Shown here one piece after another: positions 55,535-64,000 of a stretch of DNA of 64,000 nt. Location: positions 32,001 through 96,000 of the IMG/VR virus record IMGVR_UViG_3300030329_003470; one strand, written 5' to 3'. Every line of letters begins with the position of its first letter. The first letter of the stretch is position 1. The translations under genes were made by a program, and so were the position numbers. Below the pieces are notes generated by a model that had not been told where the DNA came from, did not search any database, and was given only the letters and a program-made list of their open reading frames with translations. The stretch is from a virus.

Positions 55535-58500
55535 TGGCAGACAACGCAATCAATCCACTAACAAATCAAGAAGTTGTTAAACAAGGTGACAACGAATTAC
55601 GAAGAACTGTTCAACACTTACCTGCGTTTTATAGAACTGATGTAAACCAAAGATTTTTAGGTAGTACGTTAGATCCTTTAGTGCAAAAAGGCTCCTTAGA
55701 AAGGGTCGATGGATTTGTTGGTAGACAAGATGCTTACACAAGAAAATCTACAGATAGATATCTAAGTGCTACTAACAGAGACAGAATGGCTTATCAACTA
55801 GAGCCTGCAGTAACTTACACAACTCAAGACACAACTTCAGTAAATCCAGAAGACCAAGTAAAATTTTCTGGAACATATGATGACTACATTAATCAAATAA
55901 AATACTTTGGTGGAAAAGTTGATAACCACGATAGATTAAACAAAGAAAAAATTTACAGTTGGAATCCAGCAATTGACTACGATAAGTTAATCAATTACAG
56001 AGAATATTATTGGATGCCAACAGGTCCAAATGCAATTGAAATAGATTCAGTTGGAACAGGAGCAGTAGCAGAATACAAAGTTGAAGCACATCCACTTGAT
56101 GGCAGTTCCGCAAGAGCATGGAATTTCCCTCACAGAGAAAATGAAAGAAATCCAATTGTAACTCTTTACAGAGGTAACACATACAAGTTTAATGTAAATG
56201 CAAAAGGGCATCCGTTTTGGATAATGACAGAACCTTTTATGGATGCAGTGGCCGCCGATGGCTCAACTTCTACAGTATATTCAACAGGTGTAACAAATAA
56301 TGGAACAGACAACGGTACAGTAACTTTCACAGTACCAACTGGTGCTCCAGACACTTTATATTATCAGTGCGGAAATCATGATGCAATGAATGGTATATTA
56401 CAAATTTTAACTGTTGATTCTACAAGAAAAATTAATCCTGAAAATGATATAATTGGAGTTAAAAATTATTCATTAAGAACATTAGATCTATCTAATGGTA
56501 TGAAAGTTAAGTTTACTAGTAGTAAAGTAACAACAGCATATCAAAACAAAGAGTATTATGTAGAAGGAGTTGGAGACGCAATAACTTTAACTGATGTTGA
56601 AGATTTAATTACTCCAGGATCATATTCAACCGAAACAACTATTTTATATGATACTGTTGTATACGATTCAAGACCCTACGCAAAAGCATTTTTTAGACCA
56701 GATGATCAAGACTATATTACTATTAAAAGAAACTCAAGAGATCAAAATGCTTGGTCTAGATACAATAGATGGTTTCATAAATCAGTTATTGAAAAAACTG
56801 CAGACATCAACGGACATACTCCTGTATTAGACGAAACAGATAGAGCAAAAAGACCAATTATAGAATTTGATTCAGGACTAGAACTTTATAATCACGGAAC
56901 TGTTGCAAAAAAATCTATCACAGTTTATGATACAGTAACAACAGATGCATTTAGTGATGTGGTTAACACACCAGGTTACATTGTTGACGGAATTACTTTG
57001 TCACAAGGAATGAGAATTATATTTGCCGCAGACACAGATTCGATAGTAAAAAATAAAATTTACACAGTAAATTTTGTTCATGCGTCAGATGATTCAACAA
57101 TTAGTACAGCGGCTAACGATTCAACAGCAGTACTTCAATTTACAGAAGCGGACGACGGTGCACCTGCAGACGGTGAATCAGTATTTGTAGAATTTGGAAC
57201 AAAGAACCAAGGAAAAACTTTTCACTATGTTGAAGCAGAAGAAACATGGAAAGAAGCACAACAAAAAACAAAAGTTAATGAGCAACCGTTGTTTGCGATG
57301 TATGACAACGATGAAGTTGCTTTTGATAATGCAACAACGTATCCAAACTCAACTTTTGAAGGAGCAAAAGTTTTTGAATTTGCAACATCAGACTCAGCAA
57401 CAACAGACACAGTATTAGGAATTAAAGTAAAATATGATACAATTAATAACGTTGGAGATATTGTATTTGAATCAGATCATACTTCAGGATCATTTACATA
57501 TAAATCCGACACAACAACTGTAACAAAAAAATTAGCAGAAGGACATTTACACTATACAACAGGTATTACAACACACAACAATAAAAGTGCTTGGATTGAA
57601 AGAACAAACGAAAGCAAACAAAGAGTTCTTAGAACTTTTATAGTTGATGACACAGAAAAACAATATTTTCAAATAGATTTTTATAAAGATTCTGTAGATT
57701 TAACAGATTTAGAAATTTCTGTATCAGTAAATGGTATAAGAAAAACTATTACAACAGACTATACGTTAGTTGATGGTAGTACAAACAAGTATGTAAAATT
57801 TGTAGAAGAATTATCAGTAGATGATCAAGTTAAAATTTCTGGATATAGTTCTGCAAGTAAAGTTTCTGACAAAGGAATTTACGAAACGCCAGATAATTTA
57901 TCAATAAACAGCAAAAATAAACAACTAGGTACTTTTACATGGGGTCAAATATTACTTCATGTTAAAGATATATTTGAAAAAAATGAAGACGTTACAGGAG
58001 CCATACCTGGTACATCAAATTTAAGAGATAAACAACCTGATGCAAAATTAAATGGCGGAACAATAAAACAACATTTAGGATCGTTATTGCCAGCAGTATT
58101 TGGATTGATTGACCAAGAAGCAAATGTTGTATCAGCAATTGATTATTGTAATTTAGAATATGAAAAATGGTACAGTTCATTCTTAACGTATGCAGTTGGT
58201 ACAGCATACGAAGGTGTAGCGGCAGACAGAGTAGATGAAATTATTGCGGCAATTAGTCAAGGTAAAAATAGTTCATTTGCATTTTACTATGACGACATGG
58301 TAGGCTATGGTGAAAATGTGTCTACAAGAACTTACACAGTGCAAGGATCTTCACAAACAGAATACGCACTTGATTCGCAACACAGTATAACAACTACGAG
58401 TAGTAGAGCGGTGTATGTGTATCTAAATGATGTGCAGTTAATCTTAGGTACAGACTATACCTTTAGTACAACTGACGATACAGTTAATATCTCAGCCACA

Positions 58501-61500
58501 CTTGCAGAGGGTGATACAATTAAGATTAAAGATTATTCAGACACTGCTGGAAGTTATATTCCAGCAACACCAACTAAACTTGGAATATATCCATCATACA
58601 AACCAGAGACATTTACTGATACAACTTATATTACAGATACTGATGTTATTAGAAGACACGACGGTTCAATCATTAAAGCATATGGTGATGAAAGAGACGA
58701 TTTAATACTAGAACTTGAAAAAAGAATTTACAACAATATAAAAGTAACCTATGATCAAACATTATTAGATGTAAACGAAGTAGTACCGTCTGCATTTACA
58801 TCAACCGAATATACATTAACTGAATGTGATGATATAATGGGATCTGATTTTTATGTTTGGGCAGGAAGAAACAATGTACAATACATTAACAATACAACAT
58901 TTAGTGAAGGCTCTCCTTTCACTTACAACTATGCAAAAAGTACTGGCAGATTAAAAGATGAAAAAATGCCTGGACACTGGAGAGGCATATACAAATATTA
59001 CTATGACACAGATAGTCCACACACTAGACCATGGGAGATATTAGGTCATTCTGAAAAACCTAGCACGTGGGACGCAACTTACGGGGCGGCACCTTATACA
59101 TCAGGTAACACAGTATTATGGGACGCAGTAGAATCTCAAACTGGAAGATATGGAAAATTAGGAATTAAAAGTTATCTACCTGTTAACGAATCAGGTGAAT
59201 TATTAGATCCTATTGCGGCAGGATTAATACATGAATTAGTTGTACCGGGTAGAAGAAATAGTTGGAAGTTTGGAGACCAAGGACCATCAGAAACTGCATG
59301 GAGAAGATCAAGTGCTTATCCATTTTCAGTTATAAAATTTTTAGCACTTACAAGACCTGCTAAATTTTTTACTGTATTTTTTGATCCATCTAGATTAAAA
59401 ACTAACATAACAGGAAACGTTGTTAGTACAGAAACAGATATTAGAACACAATTATCAACAGCAAAATATCATTTAGAAACAGAAACTAATAATGCAACAG
59501 GAGTTACAACAAGATACACAACAACAGGTTATCAACCATGCGTTGTTAATTACTTGATTTCAAAAGGATTAGATACAAAGACATTTTATTACGATAAAAT
59601 GAAAAATATAACAACTCAGTTGGCTTATAAGTTAGGTGGATTTACAGATAAAAACAATTTAAAAATTTTAACAGATTCAATTTCACCAGGATCATCTTCT
59701 GGATCCAAATTTATACCTGACGAAAACTATAAAATATTATTTAGAACATCTAATCCAGTAAATTCATTTTATTACTCTGGAGTACTAATTGAGAAGAATA
59801 CTGATACAGATTTAGACGGATCAACATTATTAGGTGGATATAAAGTTTTAGGTTATTCAACTGTAAAACCGTATTTTAACTTTCAATATCCTATTAAATC
59901 AGTTTCAGGTACAAAAGTTAGTGTAGAGGGTGCTGAAGCATTACAATACCAAAATTATCAACAAACAGTTCAAACGATTCCATATGGTTATGTGTTTGAT
60001 ACAGTGCAAGATGTTGTAGACTTTTTATTTGGTTATGGACATTGGTTAGAAGGTCAAGGATTTAAATTTAACAGATGGTCAACTGAATTAAAAGAAACAC
60101 TGAACTGGAGTAATTCAGTAAGAGAATTTTTATTTTGGACGACTCAAAATTGGTCAGCAGGATCGGCAGTAACAGTGTCTCCAGCGGCAGACGGTTTTGA
60201 ATTAGAAACAAATAATTCAGTTGTAGGTAAATTAAGAAATCTTGCAGGCGACTATTCTATATTAGACGCTGGTGGAAGAAAAATAGATATAAACGATATT
60301 TCAACAAAACGTGTTGGTACAACTATTGAATTAGTAATAAAACCAGCAGATGTAGGATTGTATAATGTTGCATTGAACACAGTTCAAAAAGAACACGTAT
60401 TAATATTTGATAATTCTACAGTGTTTTCAGATAAACTTTATGACCCAGATACAGGATTTAGACAACAAAGATTAAAATTAGTTGGTTGGAAAACTGGAGG
60501 GTGGAATGGAGATTATTATGCACCTGGTTTTATTTTTGATGCCGCACAGGTAACTTATTGGTTAAAAAATACAGATTATAAAATTGGAGATACGGTTGAA
60601 TATCAAGGTAAGTTTTATGTTGCCAAAATAAATCATACTTCAACTACAGAATTTGTAACATCTAGTTGGATTTTAAAAGATGAAAAACCTGCTCCTCAAC
60701 TTGTACCAAATTTTGATTATAAAATTTCTTCATTCCAAGATTTTTATAATTTAGAAACTAATAATTTTGATGAATCGCAACAAACACTCGCACAAAGATT
60801 AATTGGATACCAAAGCAGAGATTATTTAGAAAATTTATTTGTTAATGATATTTCACAATATAAATTTTATCAAGGGTATGTAAGAGAAAAAGGAACTGAG
60901 AATGCAATAACAAGAATATTAAAAGCAAAATATGAAGAGCAAGATATTGCATTAAGTTTATATCCAGAGTGGATGATTAGAACAAATAGAATAGGTAACA
61001 CTGACGCCAAAGAAAGTATACAAATAACTCTAAAAGATAATGAAGTAGTTGCTAATCCACAAAGTATTGAATTGCTTGAAACAACAAACGATACTAAATC
61101 GTATGCTAGAAGTTTAGGTGTAGCAGAAACTAATCTTTATTTTAAACCAGTTGACTATTCATCAACAACAACATTTTCAAGATATGATTACACAAAAGCC
61201 GGTGTAGACAGAGACCAAGTACAAGTTTATAAAACAGCAGGATATCCACAGTTGAATCAAGTGCAACATACAGCATTCAATGAATCAGATTTACTTAATA
61301 TTGACACTACTAAACTTAAACAAAACGAATTAGTTTGGGTAGCAAACAAAGGTAACAAAGATTGGGACGTGTTTAGAATTACAAATGCAGGTGTAAAAAT
61401 TGCTGAACTTGAACATATTAACAGTAATACTGAATTAGAAATTACATTTACAAGTGCTCATAGTTTCTCAGCAGGCACGACAACAACAACAGCAGATTAT

Positions 61501-63999
61501 ATTTTAATTGCAAATTCTGAATCCACAGATTTAAACAAAGTTTTTGTAGTTAAATCAGTTCCAAGTTATGAAAAGGTTATCGTAGACTTTGATGGAGTAA
61601 TTGCATCTTTACCAGTATTAGAAGACGGATCTACAGCAGAGTCTTATGGAAATGTTTACAAATTTACTTCAGTAAGATTAAGTTCAATGGATAATGCAAA
61701 CGATCTTATATCTTTTGATGACTATAAAGATAAAAATGATTCAATTAACAAAGAAGGTGATAAAGTTTTTGCAGACGCCGACAGTGACGGATTATGGAGA
61801 GTATATGAAAAACAAGATCCATACACACAAATAAGAACATTATCTCCAGACAATACAACAGAAGACCAAGACTTTGGTTATCAAATTGTTGCAAGAAACG
61901 ATGGAAGAACTGTGGTAGTTGCCGCACCAACAGATGGACAAGGTACAATAAACTTTTTATTCCGTTCAAGCACAACAGCAGGCACAACATTTGGCACACA
62001 ATCAGCAATGACAACAACTGCTGGAGACGATAATACGGGTAAATTAGGTTATTCTTTATCAATGAGTTCAGATGAAAATTTTGTTGTAGCAGGTGCACCT
62101 TATGCCAATTCTTATGGCTCTGATGGAAGTACAAGATTTTCAGATGCTGGTTTAGTTAAAATATTTGTATGGGATCCAGACACATTCAAATACGGAACAT
62201 TGAGTACAATATTACCTCCAGTAGATGCGGCATCACAAAATTTTGGTTGGGCACACAAAATTGTAGAACCAGGAGCAAATTCAGTTAGATCAACACCAAC
62301 AAAATATATGTTTGTATCAGCACCAGGTTTTGTTCCATCAGATGCACCAGACACTGATACAGGTAGAGTTTATATGTATGAGTGGGGAGTTGGAGCAGAT
62401 GGCTCAACATATGACAGATGGACACAGTGTTTAGAAATAGATTCTCCAGACGGAGACATTAACAAACGTTTTGGTCATAGATTACAAGTAAATGATAATG
62501 GTGATATACTTGCTGTATCTTCAGTTTCAACAGGCACAGCAGGTAAAGTAGAAATATTTGTAAGAGCATCAACATCAAATGATGATAGTGTACAACACGC
62601 ATTTACTCATGTGCAAACATTAACTGGTGCAACAAGTGACGGATCAACATTGAATACAAAATTTGGTGACTCAATGACAATGAGTAAAGATGGTACAACA
62701 TTGGTTATTGGTGCTCCAGGGTATGATGATAGCAGTCAAGCAGACGCAGGAGCAGTTTATTATTATAAATGGGACGCAAATGCTGATTCAACATTAAGTT
62801 ATACTTTACAGCAAACAATAACAGCACCAAAAACTCAAGTTAACATGAAATTTGGTTCAACGTTGGATATAAATGATGCAGGTACAAGACTTGTAATTGG
62901 TGCAGAAACATATTCAAATCACAGAGAAATGGTATTTGATTCAGGAGAAACAACATTTGACCTACAAGACACAACAATATCAGACCAAAATCCTAATTCA
63001 GGCGGTGCTTTTACTGCCACAAAATATAATACTAAATTTGTTATTGATGATTTATTAGTGACAACAAGTGTATCAGCAGATGATAATTTTGGAAAAGGTG
63101 TTTGTGCAATAGATAATACAATATTTGTTGGAGCACCAGATGACGAAGGTAACATAGCAAGTGACGGAAGTTCAATGTTAAGCAACGACGGAACTGTAAC
63201 TTGTTTTGATTGTAATGTTGCTGGAGAGTATGCTTGGAAACAACTTGCGTATGAAACTGCATTAATGGATGTTACAAAATTAGGAAATGTTTTTGAATTT
63301 AATAAAGCATCTAAACAAATTAGAGACCATTACAATTTACATGATCCAGTAAAAGGAAAAATTTTAGGATTAGCAGATAGAGAAATTAATATTAAAACAA
63401 CGTGGGATCCAGCACAATATAATTTTGGACCAAAAGCAAATACGCAAACTCCGTGGGGAGAAGAACACGTTGGTGAGGTTTGGTGGAATTTATCAACTGT
63501 AAAATGGTTGTGGTACGAACAAGATTCTCAAGAATACAAAACTAATAATTGGGGAAATTTATTTCCAGGATCATCAATTGACATATATGAATGGATAGAA
63601 TCAACGTTATTGCCAAGTGAATATGCTATTGCTTCAGCGGCGGCAAGTGAAACATTGGGCATCACAGGTACACCATTTATGGCAGATGATTCAGAATACA
63701 CAGTAAAACAAAGATATAATTCAGCACTTGATACAAATGTAAATTATTATTATTATTGGGTAAAAAATTCAACGTCACTTCCAGTAAACAGTACAGTTGA
63801 AAGAAAAAATACAACTAATTTTGTTTCTAATTTAATTACAAATCCTAGAAATTCTGGTATTAAACATTATGCAATTACTGATACAAACAAGTTATTAGTT
63901 TACAACACAATACAATTAGTTAATAGTGATATTGTTTTAAATGTTGATATTAGAACAAACACATTTGAAGGTGATGCACATTCAATTTGGAAATTAGTA
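55534..63999 (+). CDS. Giant baseplate/virion protein (gp7-like position), >2,820 aa, truncated by the window edge
   Basis: ATG overlaps the gp6 stop (TAATG); frame open at every line spot-checked through 63999; contains a cupredoxin-like domain and FG-GAP-like repeats. Confidence 0.88.
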   Translation, partial: MADNAINPLTNQEVVKQGDNELRRTVQHLPAFYRTDVNQRFLGSTLDPLVQKGSLERVDGFVGRQDAYTRKSTDRYLSATNRDRMAYQLEPAVTYTTQDTTSVNPEDQVKFSGTYDDYINQIKYFGGKVDNHDRLNKEKIYSWNPAIDYDKLINYREYYWMPTGPNAIEIDSVGTGAVAEYKVEAHPLDGSSARAWNFPHRENERNPIVTLYRGNTYKFNVNAKGHPFWIMTEPFMDAVAADGSTSTVYSTGVTNNGTDNGTVTFTVPTGAPDTLYYQCGNHDAMNGILQILTVDSTRKINPENDIIGVKNYSLRTLDLSNGMKVKFTSSKVTTAYQNKEYYVEGVGDAITLTDVEDLITPGSYSTETTILYDTVVYDSRPYAKAFFRPDDQDYITIKRNSRDQNAWSRYNRWFHKSVIEKTADINGHTPVLDETDRAKRPIIEFDSGLELYNHGTVAKKSITVYDTVTTDAFSDVVNTPGYIVDGITLSQGMRIIFAADTDSIVKNKIYTVNFVHASDDSTISTAANDSTAVLQFTEADDGAPADGESVFVEFGTKNQGKTFHYVEAEETWKEAQQKTKVNEQPLFAMYDNDEVAFDNATTYPNSTFEGAKVFEFATSDSATTDTVLGIKVKYDTINNVGDIVFESDHTSGSFTYKSDTTTVTKKLAEGHLHYTTGITTHNNKSAWIERTNESKQRVLRTFIVDDTEKQYFQIDFYKDSVDLTDLEISVSVNGIRKTITTDYTLVDGSTNKYVKFVEELSVDDQVKISGYSSASKVSDKGIYETPDNLSINSKNKQLGTFTWGQILLHVKDIFEKNEDVTGAIPGTSNLRDKQPDAKLNGGTIKQHLGSLLPAVFGLIDQEANVVSAIDYCNLEYEKWYSSFLTYAVGTAYEGVAADRVDEIIAAISQGKNSSFAFYYDDMVGYGENVSTRTYTVQGSSQTEYALDSQHSITTTSSRAVYVYLNDVQLILGTDYTFSTTDDTVNISATLAEGDTIKIKDYSDTAGSYIPATPTKLGIYPSYKPETFTDTTYITDTDVIRRHDGSIIKAYGDERDDLILELEKRIYNNIKVTYDQTLLDVNEVVPSAFTSTEYTLTECDDIMGSDFYVWAGRNNVQYINNTTFSEGSPFTYNYAKSTGRLKDEKMPGHWRGIYKYYYDTDSPHTRPWEILGHSEKPSTWDATYGAAPYTSGNTVLWDAVESQTGRYGKLGIKSYLPVNESGELLDPIAAGLIHELVVPGRRNSWKFGDQGPSETAWRRSSAYPFSVIKFLALTRPAKFFTVFFDPSRLKTNITGNVVSTETDIRTQLSTAKYHLETETNNATGVTTRYTTTGYQPCVVNYLISKGLDTKTFYYDKMKNITTQLAYKLGGFTDKNNLKILTDSISPGSSSGSKFIPDENYKILFRTSNPVNSFYYSGVLIEKNTDTDLDGSTLLGGYKVLGYSTVKPYFNFQYPIKSVSGTKVSVEGAEALQYQNYQQTVQTIPYGYVFDTVQDVVDFLFGYGHWLEGQGFKFNRWSTELKETLNWSNSVREFLFWTTQNWSAGSAVTVSPAADGFELETNNSVVGKLRNLAGDYSILDAGGRKIDINDISTKRVGTTIELVIKPADVGLYNVALNTVQKEHVLIFDNSTVFSDKLYDPDTGFRQQRLKLVGWKTGGWNGDYYAPGFIFDAAQVTYWLKNTDYKIGDTVEYQGKFYVAKINHTSTTEFVTSSWILKDEKPAPQLVPNFDYKISSFQDFYNLETNNFDESQQTLAQRLIGYQSRDYLENLFVNDISQYKFYQGYVREKGTENAITRILKAKYEEQDIALSLYPEWMIRTNRIGNTDAKESIQITLKDNEVVANPQSIELLETTNDTKSYARSLGVAETNLYFKPVDYSSTTTFSRYDYTKAGVDRDQVQVYKTAGYPQLNQVQHTAFNESDLLNIDTTKLKQNELVWVANKGNKDWDVFRITNAGVKIAELEHINSNTELEITFTSAHSFSAGTTTTTADYILIANSESTDLNKVFVVKSVPSYEKVIVDFDGVIASLPVLEDGSTAESYGNVYKFTSVRLSSMDNANDLISFDDYKDKNDSINKEGDKVFADADSDGLWRVYEKQDPYTQIRTLSPDNTTEDQDFGYQIVARNDGRTVVVAAPTDGQGTINFLFRSSTTAGTTFGTQSAMTTTAGDDNTGKLGYSLSMSSDENFVVAGAPYANSYGSDGSTRFSDAGLVKIFVWDPDTFKYGTLSTILPPVDAASQNFGWAHKIVEPGANSVRSTPTKYMFVSAPGFVPSDAPDTDTGRVYMYEWGVGADGSTYDRWTQCLEIDSPDGDINKRFGHRLQVNDNGDILAVSSVSTGTAGKVEIFVRASTSNDDSVQHAFTHVQTLTGATSDGSTLNTKFGDSMTMSKDGTTLVIGAPGYDDSSQADAGAVYYYKWDANADSTLSYTLQQTITAPKTQVNMKFGSTLDINDAGTRLVIGAETYSNHREMVFDSGETTFDLQDTTISDQNPNSGGAFTATKYNTKFVIDDLLVTTSVSADDNFGKGVCAIDNTIFVGAPDDEGNIASDGSSMLSNDGTVTCFDCNVAGEYAWKQLAYETALMDVTKLGNVFEFNKASKQIRDHYNLHDPVKGKILGLADREINIKTTWDPAQYNFGPKANTQTPWGEEHVGEVWWNLSTVKWLWYEQDSQEYKTNNWGNLFPGSSIDIYEWIESTLLPSEYAIASAAASETLGITGTPFMADDSEYTVKQRYNSALDTNVNYYYYWVKNSTSLPVNSTVERKNTTNFVSNLITNPRNSGIKHYAITDTNKLLVYNTIQLVNSDIVLNVDIRTNTFEGDAHSIWKLV

Positions 64000-64000
64000 C

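Noticed and set aside
1-64000. CRISPR arrays, tRNA genes and rRNA
   Set aside because: No regularly spaced repeat-spacer units, cloverleafs or rRNA sequence seen in the short intergenic regions.
1-64000. Stop-codon reassignment
   Set aside because: Core genes are full length in the standard code and TAA, TAG and TGA all terminate genes.

Overview
A 64 kb slice of a large, AT-rich (roughly one-third GC by eye) T4-like myovirus genome, densely coding in the standard genetic code. It covers DNA packaging (TerL, TerS, gp4-like nuclease), the tail (tube, tube paralogues, enlarged sheath, neck proteins, tape measure), a cluster of repetitive fibre genes, the head operon (portal, core, protease, scaffold, major capsid), gp46/gp47, a gp55-like late sigma factor and the baseplate operon, which ends in a >2,800-codon ORF running off the right edge. 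Accessory genes: dNMP kinase, NUDIX hydrolase, two 2OG-Fe(II) oxygenases, sulfotransferase, TRAP-type DctP protein, Maf/Cst-like glycosyltransferase, PLP-fold enzyme, histone H1/Hc1-like protein, GIY-YIG nuclease. This mix suggests a marine phage of a low-GC alphaproteobacterium (inference only). Most notable signals: (1) a ~340-nt GC-enriched, highly structured non-coding unit with its own promoter and terminator, divergent from the GIY-YIG gene; (2) a -1 slippery site joining the gp26-like gene to the next ORF beside the tape measure; (3) T4-type TAAATA late promoters 5-8 nt before start codons, implying leaderless mRNAs; (4) apparent avoidance of GCWGC; (5) repeated DGST/DST loops in virion proteins alongside glycan-modifying enzymes; (6) a switch-like structured 5' leader. 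All family assignments come from motif recognition by eye; no database searches were run.
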